Position numbers and translations under genes: made by a program. From Malacoraja senta (Eukaryota), in NCBI GenBank assembly GCA_038087875.1, contig CM075988.1, positions 20,338,001 to 20,402,000 on the forward strand: a stretch of 64,000 nucleotides of DNA. Direction: 5' to 3'. Shown one piece after another: positions 49,676-60,684 of this stretch (the stretch's first letter is position 1; each line of letters begins with the position of its first letter). The notes under the pieces were generated by a model. It saw only the letters and a program-made list of their open reading frames with translations, searched no databases and was not told where the DNA came from.

Positions 49676-51381
49676 TTACGGAGAAAAGGTCCAAGAGCTG
49701 GCTAGTCAGGTTCATTCAGGTCCAGTCAGTCCTTTTACGCTGGAAGTTATAAGATCGCCAGACCTGAAAGAAGTTTAAAGAGGATATTGTTAGTACAGCT
49801 GGAAATAGTGATAGATTTTCAAATGGAATCGAGTTTTAAAAGAGTGGAGTGGTTGTATTGGATGATTATAGATCCTCTTCTGGGACCAGCACTCACAAGT
49901 CACCACCTTCCAGCGTCATCTTGCTTGGTACTATTGACTCTATGGAACTAATGCATTACAATGTTGAGACCTATATACTGAACTCTGTTCTACTCACTGA
50001 ACTTTGGTGCATGTGATAATAATAAACCTAGACCTCTTCACCACAGACTCACTCCATCAACACTTCACGCTGCTGCGGGAAAGCAGCCAAAATAATCAAA
50101 CGCCTTTCTTACCCCTTCGGCTCCCCGCTCCCATTGGGCTGAAGGGAACAGATGCTTGAAAGTGCTCTCCAACAGACTCAGAAACAGCTTCTTGCTCTAT
50201 GTTATCAGGCTTCTGAATGGTTCCTCCTTAAGCTGGAGCAGAGTCCGATCCACCTCTACCCCATTGCAAACATTGGATTTTGTTTATGCAACTTATGCGC
50301 TGCAATGTGTAGGAAGGAACTGCAGATGCTGGCTGAAAACGAAGATAGACACAAAGCTGGAGTAACTCAGTGGGACAGGCAGCTTTCGTGTTTTTGTTCT
50401 AGGTCTGCACAAAACTTGAGTCTTTAATTTACAACAGTAGGCTTTAATGCTTTACTCAATGCTGGCAGCAAGGCAACTCAAAATGGCTGCACGCACACTG
50501 TATACAGACAGGATAAACTATATACAAAACATCCCCTTTTGTCCTGTGCAGCGCCATCTGCTGCACGGGAGGAGCAACGGGTCCTCCCACCCCGCATAGT
50601 CCACCAAACATCACAGCAGCATCTCTGAAGAGAAGGAATGGGTGACGTTACAGGTCGAGACCCTTCTTCAGACTGAACCCGATACTTCACCTATTCCGTC
50701 TCTCCAGAGCTGCTGCTTGTCCCGCTGAGTTACTCTAGCTTTTTGAGTCTAATTTATGCGCTACAATGCTGAGAAGTATATTCTGCACTCTGTATCTTCT
50801 GCTGTGCTCTACCTGTGGTACTCGCATTTGACTTGATTGTATTTATGTATAGTATTATCTGATCTGATTGGATAGCTTGCAATCAAAGCTTTTCACTGTA
50901 CCTCAGGATATGTGAGAATAATAAACCTAAACAAACCTTTTTTTGAATATTGTTTGATTAAAAGTTATACATTCATGGAAAGTCTGGGCAGAAATTCACA
51001 CTAGCTGTGAACTTTGTTTTCACTTTGCTATTAGACTAAAGCGCTAATTGAATCAGTCCTGATCGGGGTCAGTAGCTCTGCTCCTTGGAGATGAGATTAA
51101 GAGAATTCAGTCCCACGCTCCTAATCCACCATTTCCCAGCCTGTTAACATATAACTGTGTTCTCTCGTTGCCCCGAGCTGTGTGCTTGGTGCGTTTACGG
51201 ACACATTGTTAAATGCATTATCAGTTGTGGGATGAATGAGTCAAAAACTGATTCCTTCAGAAAGCCACTGAGAGGTTTATGTTGGGGTTGGGAGGGTTTT
51301 GTCCGCGGAGGGGTGAAATTGTTTTTGGGCGAGCAAGGGTAAGTTCACCTTGTCAAATTTGCTAGCGCTAATCTAATTGTA

Positions 51382-51395
51382 GTTGCCGTGGTAAC
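51382..51395. promoter_or_regulatory. RFX X-box motif
   Basis: GTTGCC-GT-GGTAAC is an exact match to GTNRCC(N0-3)RGYAAC and lies in a repeat-free stretch. Confidence 0.4.
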
Positions 51396-51584
51396 AGCAC
51401 AACTGTAAGCTCATAACTTCCTGTGTGTCAGGATCACAAGGAAATCAAAGTGCAGCTGTTGTCTTGAAGGATTACAGTGGAATTTAGCACAGAGCAGAAT
51501 CTATTTTCGATTTATCTCCTGGTAGCACGATTGTTCGTGGTGGAGATGGCCATAGCTGCTTTACAGTACCAACTTAAAGTTAGC

Positions 51585-51835
51585 TGATTGGGTAGCTTGC
51601 ACCCCAGCAGTATGAACATTGACTTCTCTAACATCAAATAGCCCTTGCTTTTCTTCTCTCTACATTCCCAGTTCTCCCACCAGTCTTACTGTCTCCGACT
51701 ACATTCTATCTTTGTCCTGCCCATTCCCCTGACATCAGTCTGATGAAGGGGCTCGACCCGAAACGTCACCCATTCCTTCTCTCCCGAGATGCTGCCTGTC
51801 CCACTGAGTTACTCCAGCATTTTGTGTCTACCTTC
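51585..51835 (+). mobile_element. Penelope-like element 3' end with hammerhead-like motif
   Basis: ttgggtagcttgcaccccagcagtatgaacattgacttctctaac encodes LGSLHPSSMNIDFSN; CTGATGA 51740-51746, GGG..CCC stem, GAAACGTC 51760-51767. Confidence 0.85.
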
Positions 51836-52227
51836 AACTTAAAGATAGATGTACTTTGTTCACAGGGGGATGACAAATCATAAATTAGGATTATAGATAA
51901 ATGTGTCTGCTAATCTCTGTTGCAAAATGTGTCTGCTAATCCACTGTGCAATAGCTGGCACTGTCCTGTTAACGATGTCAACCGTTAGTACCATTTTCAT
52001 GCTGACGTCCTCTGCAGTGCGTGGAAGAATATTACAATGACTGCCTGCAAATGTTTATCTGGGAACAATTTAGAATGGCCATGGTAAGAACGAGCACAGT
52101 TACAATACCTTGTGCGCCATAATAACAGTCATAGAGATACAAGGAACTGCAGATGCTGGTTTCCAAAATAAAACATAAAGTGCTGGAGTAACTCAGTAGG
52201 TCAGGCAGCATCTCTGGATGCAATGAT

Positions 52228-52540
52228 AGAGTGGATGTAGGGAGGATGTTTCCAGTAGCAGGAGAGTCTATGACCAGAGGGCGAAGCCTCAGAATAAAAG
52301 GCCGTACATTTAGAATGGAGATGAGGAGGGCTTACTTTAGCCAGAGGGTGGTGAATCTGTGGAATTTATTGCCACAAATGGTGTTAGAGGCCAAGTCATT
52401 TTTAAAGCGAAGATTGACAGGTTCTTGATTAGTAATAGTGTCAAAGGTTACGGGAAGAAAGTCGGAGAATGGGGTTGAGAGGGAAAAATAGATCAGCTAT
52501 GATTGAATTGCGGAGTAGACTTGATAGGCCAAATGATCTT
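52228..52540 (+). mobile_element. CR1 LINE 3' fragment
   Basis: ORF 52231..52428 VDVGRMFPVAGESMTRGRSLRIKG...VVNLWNLLP. Confidence 0.88.
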
Positions 52541-53824
52541 ATGACATGGATAGGTGACATTTCAGTTGGGACTCTCCTTCTGATACTTTTATAGAATCAT
52601 ACAGAATCATGAAGATTTTCCTTTAGACTAAATCCATGCTGACTATCAGGCACCCATTTTATTTTTGCAGTGGTCAATTATCCTACTGACCCGCTCGTCA
52701 TTGAGATGGGGAGGAAACCCATGTGGTCAAAGGGAGAATGTGCAACCTCCACACGGAAAGCATCAGAGGTCTGGATTGAACCCGGATCTCTGGCACAGTG
52801 AGGCAACAGTCCTACCTATCTATCTCACTCTGGTGTCTCTTTATCCTGTATCTTTACACTGTGGATGGCTTGATTGTAATCGTATAAAGTATTTTCGCTG
52901 ACTGGATAGCATGAAACGTTAGAGCTTTTCAGTGTTCCTCATTACAAGTGACACTAAATTAAATTAAATTCATTCTTAACATACACCGGATGATGCGCAC
53001 CAGCACACAAAGTGCTGGAGTAACTCAGCGGGTCAGGCAACATTTCTGGAGAACATTGAATAGGCAACATTTCAGGTCGAGAAGGGTTTCGACCCAGAAA
53101 ACGTCACCTATCCATGTTATCCAGAGATGCTGCTTGACCCTCTGGGTTACTTCAGTACTTTGTGTCCCTTTGTGTTAATTATCATATGTACCGACAGAGG
53201 AACAATGGGATTATAATTTACTTTCTGGTCCAAATGGGGGTAGGATCTCAGGGCTACTGTATCAAGTAGTGTCCAGTGAAGGGGCATGACGTCTGTGTAG
53301 TGGCAATCCCAGACCCACGGTGAGTTTCCATTAGCCTGTGATTTACTTCCAGTGGAGTGACTGAGTGACTGAATGCTGGTGGCTCCTGTCAACAGTACCA
53401 AGCTCAGCCTGGAACATTCACCCGGTCCTGTGCCTTTCAAAGTGTTTTGCACACCACATCCCCGGCCACATTGCAGGCAGGCCAAGCTCACGTTTGGAGC
53501 AGACTCGAGGGTGAGTTGCAAAGTGAAAAATCACAGCAGTGAATCGATTGCACAGCAATGCAGGAGGCTGCAGAGAGTGGTGGACTCGGCCTGTTCCATC
53601 ACAGGCACAGGCCTCCGCACCATCGAACCATCGACATGAGGCACTGTCTCAAGAAGGCAGCACCTATCATCGAGGATCCCTGCCATCCTTACAAGATTTT
53701 CCCTGCACCTGTTCCTCACCGTACCTGCGAATATGATAATGAACTTGACCTGATTCTCCAGTCACAGCACAGTGAAAACAAAAGTTAAGGAAGGAGAGGT
53801 ATGCAACTGGGAAATGGGATACAG

Positions 53825-54280
53825 GAACATAGAGCATAGAGCAGTATAGTACAGGAACAGGCCCTTCGGCCCACAATGCCCATGCCGACAAGTTAAACTA
53901 ATCTCCTCTGCCTGCACCTGATCCATATCCCTCCATACCCTGCACATCCAAGTGTCCATCTTAAAGCCTCTTAAACTCCACTATTGTATCTGCCACCACC
54001 ACCACCCCTGGCAGCGCGTTCCAAGCACCCAACACTCTATATTTAAAAATACTTTTCCTGTAAATCTCCTCTAAACTTTTCCCCTCTGACATGAAAGCTA
54101 TGCCCTCTAGTCTTTGACAGTTCCACCATGGAGAATAGTTTCTGACTGCCTACTGTATCTCTCATAAATTTCTACCCTCCCATCAGGTCTCCCCTGAGCC
54201 TCTGTGGGTCCGGAGGAAGCAATCCAAGTCTGTCCAACCTCTCCTTATAGCTACGACACTGATATCCAGGCAGCAGTCTA
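53825..54280 (-). mobile_element. CR1 LINE 3' fragment
   Basis: ORF 54172..54375 minus LLPGYQCRSYKERLDRLGL...RLRGDL; antisense tail at 53825-53900. Confidence 0.85.
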
Positions 54281-54419
54281 TGCAGCTTGTTTCTCACCAA
54301 TGAACTAATATATCGAGGCAGACACCGTGATCTGTTTGCCCTGCAGTTGCATCTTTTCCTTTCTTTTAAAAGCAAAGAAATTAATCACTGCAGGAGTGGG
54401 TATGGTAATTCTTGCTACT

Positions 54420-54965
54420 GATTTAGCCTAGCTTAGAGATACAGTGCCAAAGCCGGCCCTTTAGCCCACCGAGTCTGCACCGACAAGCACATTAACACTA
54501 TTCTACACACACCAGGACAATTTTACCAGGCCAATTAACCTACAAACTTGTACGTCTTTGGAGTGTGAGAAAAAAAAATTCACACAGAGAGTGGTGAATC
54601 TGTGGAATTCTCTGCCACAGAAGGTAGTTGAGGCCAGTTCATTGGCTATATTTTAAGAGGGAGTTAGATGTGGCCCTTGTGGCTAAAAGGATCAGGGGGT
54701 ATGGAGAGAAGGCAGGTACAGGATACTGAGTTGGATGATCAGCCATGATCATATTGAATGGCGGTGCAGGCTTGAAGGGCCGAATGGCCTACTCCTGCAC
54801 CTATTTTCTATGTTTCTATGTAAACCGGAGCTCCCGAGAAAAACCCAGGCAAGTCACGTACAAGAGAACATACAAACTCCATACAGACAGCACCCGTACT
54901 CAGGATCGAACCCGCGTCTCTGGCACTGTAAGGCAGCGACTCTATTGCTGTGCCAACATGCCACC
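54420..54965 (-). mobile_element. HE1-type V-SINE interrupted by a plus-strand CR1 3' end (about 54578-54820)
   Basis: SINE halves ...tttggagtgtg | aaaccggagctcccgagaaaa; insert ttcacacagagagtggtgaatctgtggaattc...cctattttctatgtttctatg. Confidence 0.85.
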
Positions 54966-55411
54966 CTCTTTAAAAGGTGCCTTCATTTCATGACATATCT
55001 TCAGCAACAAAGGTATACAGCCTCTAATGTTTCTTATAATTTTGCCATTATTATTAAAACCTGAAAATGTTGTCGATGTGACACAAGCAATTAATTGGAA
55101 CGCATGGGAAGGATAATAATCAGGTTAACAGACAACAAAAAATTGATACTGAGAAGTGACCAATCCTGTATGCATCATAGATTCCACCTTCCCTCTGGTC
55201 ACACTGAGCACACGTTATTTGAATTGGAATAGAAGCAAATGTATTTTTACTTGTAATGGTTTTGTTTTACTGCAGGACTGCAGTTTTTGTGTTAGGGAAT
55301 AGAACATGATTCAAACGAATAGTTTACTATTAGTCATTACCTATTGTAATAGGTGTTACAACCTATACAAATACTTCTGGAGAGAAGGAATAGGTGAAGT
55401 TTCAGGTCCAT

Positions 55412-55925
55412 ATAACCATATAACCATAACAGCACAGAAACAGGCCATCTCGGTCCTTCAAGTCTGTTTTTTTTTTTTTTTTAATTAAAAATAAATACTT
55501 CCCCCTAGTCCCATCTACCTGCACTCAGACCATAACCCTCCATTCCTTTCCCGTCCATATACCCATCCAATCTATTTTTAAAGGATAACATTGAACCTGC
55601 CTCCACCACTTCCACTGGAAGCTCATTCCACACAGCTACCACTCTCTGAGTAAAGAAGTTCCCCCTAATGTTCCCCCTAAACTTCTGTCCCTTAATTCTC
55701 AAGTCATGTCCCCTTGTTTGAATCTTCCCTACTCTCAATGGGAAAAGCTTATCCACGTCCACTCTGTCTAACCCGCTCATAATTTTAAAGACCTCTATCA
55801 AGTCCCCTCTTAACCTTCTGCGCTCCAAAGAATAAAGACCTAACTTGTTCAACCTTTCTCTGTAACTTAGTTGCTGAAACCCAGGCAACATTCTAGTAAA
55901 TCTCCTCTGTACTCTCTCTATTTTG
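55412..55925 (-). mobile_element. Young CR1 LINE 3' fragment
   Basis: Open ORF 55505..55891 MLPGFQQLSYRERLNKLGLYSLERRRLRGDLIEVFKI...GYGLSAGRWD; (ATAACC)n tail. Confidence 0.92.
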
Positions 55926-56214
55926 TTCAGACTGAAGAAGGGTCTTGACCCAAAACGTCACCCATTCCTCTCCAGAGATGCTGTCTGTCCCACTGTGTTA
56001 CTCCAGCATTTTGTGTCTATCTTTGATGTAGACCACATCTGCAGCTCCTTCCTACACTATACCAATACTGATGGGTTATACATATTGTTACGTGTTGTAT
56101 GTAACAAAATGCACACAATTATTACATATTATAATTGTTACAATTACCAAACAATTGTAATCGTTACGCAAATTACAATTACAACCTATAGTTAGACAAA
56201 CCTAACTATAGGTT

Positions 56215-56825
56215 TGTGTATGAAGGAAGTGCAGATACTGGTTTAAACCGAAGATAGACACAAAATGCTGGAGTAACTCAGTGGGACAGGCAGCATCTCT
56301 GGAGAGAAGGAATGGGTGACGTTTCGCATCAAAACCCTTCTTTGGACTGACGTCGGGGGGGAGGGAAATACATACTGTAGATAAGGAAGTGTGATGGTGT
56401 GAAAACAGGGCAAAAGGAATGGAGATCAAGAAAAATGTAGAAAAGATCATTGTTAGCTGGGAGAAGCGAACAACAAAGCAAACAGAGATGAAATGTAGTC
56501 GGAGAACTGGGAAGGGGGAGGGATGGAGAGAAAGGGAAAGCAAGGGTTACTTGAAATTAGTGTCCAGGACATAAAGGTCACTGTGGGAATGGGAGGGGGA
56601 GTTAAAGAGTCCAGCATCCGGAAGATCTGGTAGGTTTAGGCGGACTGAGGGGGTGTTCCGCGAAACGATCGCCAAGCCTGTGCTTGGTCTTCTTCTGAAA
56701 GGGGTCTCAACCCGTAACGTCACCCATTCCTTCCTTCCAGAGATGCTGCCTGTCCCGCTGAGTGGCTCCAGCTTTTCGTGTCTATCTTCGGTTTAAACCA
56801 GCATCTGCAGTTCCTTCCTACACAG
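56215..56825. mobile_element. Penelope-like element with inverted pseudo-LTRs
   Basis: Minus pLTR plus UTR 56215-56560, antisense GIY-YIG piece 56560-56690 (TKHRLGDRFAEH...PDLPDAGLFNSPSHSHSDL), plus pLTR 56695-56825. Confidence 0.85.
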
Positions 56826-57337
56826 TACAGTATGCTTTATGTGTTAAAGGATAGTTGCTTGTTAGGTTTAATTTTAATAACAAAAAACCCATGCTGCAAG
56901 ATTGTATCAAACTTAAGGGTCTGATGAGAGATGGCTGTCACAATAAAGTGATGTTTCCTGATGTATCCTGTCAGTGAGTTATACTCCGCAGTTCAGTGTA
57001 AGAAGCATCCAAATTCACAGCACTTAACTTGAGTAATTCTTCTTCAGAATGAAAGTATACCCTTGAGCCCTGTATCTTTAAAGTATGAGTATGACATTGG
57101 ACATTTTTTTTGCCGAATTCATAATAGAATAAAGGAATTAAACCAAAGTGTAGGGGGGCTGTTTTCATGCTGTGTAGCTCTGTGACTCTCAGACAAGGCA
57201 AGAGGTGAACAAATGAACATAGAATCCAGACCTTGTGCAACATTGAGGAAGGCAGGAATGGAGGCCGTGTGCTGCCTGAGGGTGAGCAGCTTCCTTATCT
57301 CTGGATTGAACTTGACTATTTTGATTACGCTTGACTT

Positions 57338-57516
57338 TGGCGGCATGGGGGCGCTGAGGTAGAGTTGCTGTCTTACAGGGCTTACAGCACCAGAGACCTG
57401 GGTTTAATCCCGACCATGGGTGCTGTCTGTACAGAGTTTGTTTGTACATGGGGATTTTCCCCGAGATCTTCGGTTTCCTCCCACACCCCAAAGACGTACA
57501 AACTAAACTAAACTAA
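57338..57516 (+). mobile_element. HE1-type V-SINE with an internal 3' deletion
   Basis: Head and V-domain join directly to (AAACT)n. Confidence 0.75.
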
Positions 57517-57728
57517 ATTTGTTGTCCATGGTGACCATGGTTAGGTGCAAAATTAAAATTAGAACTCATTGCAGACATTGAACTTTGTCTCTGGAACTGG
57601 CGCTCCACAATGCTGCGAAACTATATTCTGCATCCTGCATCTTCCCCTTCACTCTACCTGTTGTACCTTCTTCTTCTTGCGTATGGTGTGCACAGCCTAA
57701 AGTTGTAAGACAACTTGTTCTGTTTGAT

Positions 57729-57950
57729 GGTGCACAAAAATGCCGGAGAAACTCAGCGGGTGCAGCAGCATCTATGGAGCGAAGGAAATAGGCAACGTTT
57801 CGGGCCGAAACCCTTCTCCAGTCTGAAGAAGGGTTTCGGCCCGAAACGTTGCCTATTTCCTTCGCTCCATAGATGCTGCTGCACCCGCTGAGTTTCTCCG
57901 GCATTTTTGTGTACCTTCGATTTTCCAGCATCTGCAGTTCCTTCTTTAAC
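57729..57950. mobile_element. Young Penelope pseudo-LTR fold-back insertion with 16-bp TSD
   Basis: Near-perfect palindrome 57729-57915 centred at 57822; TSD ACTTGTTCTGTTTGAT at 57713-57728 and 57951-57966; CTGAAGA 57823-57829 ... GAAACGTT 57843-57850. Confidence 0.9.
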
Positions 57951-57989
57951 ACTTGTTCTGTTTGATCTTTTGTTTGTGCACGCCAGGTT

Positions 57990-58043
57990 GATTGCATTCG
58001 TTGAAACAGGGTGGACCACGTGAAGGTTGCAATCCCCCACCCC
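57990..58043 (-). ncRNA. Minimal HDV-like (CPEB3-like) self-cleaving ribozyme
   Basis: GGGGUGG-GG-GAUUGCA-ACC-UUCACGU-GGU-CCACCCU-GUUUCAA-CGAA-UGCAAUC. P1 is 7 bp with a G1.U wobble, P2 is 7 bp, P3 is 3 bp, L3 is UUCACGU, and J4/2 CGAA places the catalytic C at 58000. Confidence 0.85.
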
Positions 58044-58384
58044 ACCTGTTGTACCCGAGTTTGGCTCGATTGTATTTATGTACAGTATTATCTAACCTGA
58101 TTGGAAAGCATTCAAAACGACAGCTTTTCACAGTACCTCAGTACACGTGACAATAATAAACCTCAGCCAAACCTGAACTTGCGAAGAATCACATCCATTG
58201 CAAACGTGAATGAATGGATACAGGCAGCTTAGATCGGGAGCTGAAATGGTGTGAAATTCGCTCCATCTTTGGTATGGAAGACCCTCTTCATGGTTGCCAT
58301 CAGAATGAAAGTTTGGAATTATTATTTATGGATATTAAATGATCAATTCTGTTGCCAGTAACATACATTTAAAAATGTAGAAAA

Positions 58385-58655
58385 CACAGTGCGGTTTCTG
58401 ACGCAGTGTAGGAAAAGCCAGCCAATTTTCCCACAAATAGTAATAGAGCCAGATCATCTGTTTTCAGGAATGTTGATTGATGGATAAATATTGGCTGGGA
58501 GACTGGGAATAACTCCCTCGTCCTTCTAAGAAATTCTTCTTGTAAGAAGAAGCAGGGCCTTGGTTTAAAATCGCAGGCAAAAGGCATCATTTCTAATGGC
58601 GCAGCAGTCCCTTGCCGCGGCATTGGCAGTTCACCCTGGAAGTTTGTGATCAAAT
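58385..58655 (-). mobile_element. Ancient Deu-domain SINE (SacSINE1-like)
   Basis: Reverse complement reads ttaaaccaaggccc...gggagttattcccagtctcccagccaatatttatccatcaatcaacattcctgaaaacagatgatctgg...tttgtggga...aaattggctg...tttcctaca, matching the shark Deu-SINE as I recall it. Confidence 0.7.
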
Positions 58656-59879
58656 CTATCGACGTGGAAGACTTTCCCAGAAAAATCATTTAAAACTTGA
58701 TTTACTTCAGTCTGAGGAAGGGTCCCAACCCGAAACGTCATCAGTCCATTTCCCTCCACAGTCCAGCAGAGTTCCTCCAGCTTTTTTTTTTGCAGAAGAA
58801 TAAAATAAGCATATTTTTAAATAAGCGATTTAATTGACATCTTAAAATCTTACATCTCACAATTTAAAACATCAGACATTCCCAAACAAAGTTTACGAAC
58901 TGAAACTTAGCAACTAACTTGATCTAGTGGTGAAAACAGTGATCAGATCGTTCTGGTTTGACGTCACTCACGGCTGAGTTTTGTCAGACTTCACCTGTCC
59001 TTATGACTCTGTGACATGCTGGCGATCTGTGAGCAAAGATGGCAGCTGGCACGATTAGTGTATGATGTCTTCATCCCTCATGAATTGGGGAAAAGACACA
59101 GGATGAATCAATTTTGTAGAAGTTGTTGCTTTTTCCGAAAGACTGACTTGGACCACGTTTCAATGACTCAATGTGTCCTTTATTACACATTGCTCTCAGT
59201 TTGGAAAGAATAGTCTTGTGCCAAGAATCATAAGATAGGTGGAGGAAAGACTCATACATTTCCAAAGCCAAACTCGAGTTGAAATTCCCAAGCATCATGT
59301 ACATCCCAATTACTGCAATGCACTCAACAAGTCCGAGGCCTTGTCCAAAGTGTAACATTAATCGCAAGACACCTCGGGCAAAATGATCGCATGTTCTATA
59401 AACCCTTATCACTTGTCAAAACAAGGAACATAATATATTGGACCACTTTGTTTCCTGGAATATCCATTTTAAGATGTATTGCTCATTTATTCCCTCTATA
59501 GAATCTTGTAGAATGATAGGAACTTCCTCCACTAATTACATCAGCATGGAAACTTACAGCAGTGGTTCTATAGTTCATGGAGTAATTTTTTACCTTTAAT
59601 ATCAAACGTTTTGTGCAGCAAGAGTGTACAATCGATAAGTCTCCGTTGCCTTGACGATGGCTCCTATAGGCCACCAATCACGTTTTCAGTCACAGCACGC
59701 CATGAAGTTAGTGTACATGGTGGTGTGATGATGATGCTAATCTCTGTACTTCATCTCACCATACACCCATTTATTGACCTTTGCCTTGACCCATCCTTGC
59801 CCTTTCATGAACCCAGCCTCTCACTGTCTCTGTTTGTACTGGAGAGGAAATGGCTTCTTCAATAAAGTAAATTTGTTGA

Positions 59880-60630
59880 ACATAGAACAGGACAGCCCAG
59901 GGACATGCCCTTTGGCTCACTATGACAGGGCATATCTACTGATCCCATCTGCCCGTACATGGTTCATATCCCTCAATACACTGTCTACTCATTTGTCTGT
60001 CTTAATGCCTTTTATGCATTGCTCTCTTATCTGCTTCCATCAAAGATAGACACAAAGTGATGGAGTAACTCAGCGGGATTGGCAGCCTCTCTGGAGAGAA
60101 GGAATGGGTGACATTTCAGGTCGGGTCTCAGCCCGAAAAGTCACCAATTCCTTCTCTCCAGAGATGCTGCATGCCCCGCTGAGTTACTCCAGCACTTTGT
60201 GTCTATTTTCGGTTTAAACCAGCACCTGCAGTTCCTTCCTACACATTTTGTCTGCATCCAGCACTTCTCCTAGCAGCACATTCCAGTCACCCACCACTCT
60301 CAGTGTGAAAACAAAACATGCCCTGCAAATCTTCTTTAAACTTCCCTCTTTCACTTTAAACCAATGCCCTCTAATATTTGACATTGCCACTATGGGGATT
60401 AAAAATAAAAGACTCTGACTGTCTACCCATCTATGCCTCTCAAATGTTATATACTTCTGTTAGGTTGCGCCTCAGCCTCTGATGCTTCAGAAAAAAACAA
60501 TCCTAATTTGTCTAACCACTCCGCAATGTTCATCCACTTTATTCCCGGTGACATTCTGGTGAAACCTCTTCTGCATCCTCTCCAAAATCTCCACATCCTT
60601 CCTCTAGTGTGGTGACCAGAACTGAACATC
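59880..60630 (-). mobile_element. CR1 LINE fragment interrupted by a Penelope pLTR fold-back (about 60041-60250)
   Basis: ORF 60447..60635 minus contains RGFTRMSPGI...LDKLGLFF; insert arms atagacacaaagtg...gtaactcagcggg / cccgctgagttactccagcactttgtgtctat. Confidence 0.85.
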
Positions 60631-60684
60631 TTCACAAAGAATGGGAATCAAACAATGAATATGATTAACAATTCAAAGACCTTG

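Larger units (their letters stand above)
57668..58043 (-). mobile_element. Ribozyme-headed SINE-like retroelement (138 nt net) with a (GAA)n tail
   Basis: Perfect 12-bp TSD ACCTGTTGTACC (57656-57667 and 58044-58055); the minus strand ends ACGCAAGAAGAAGAA; it sits in an older Rex1-type tail and is itself interrupted by 57729-57950. Confidence 0.85.

Noticed and set aside
59071..59412. 113-aa minus-strand ORF or exon candidate
   Set aside because: No homology recognised and the acceptor is poor; the length is within chance expectation.
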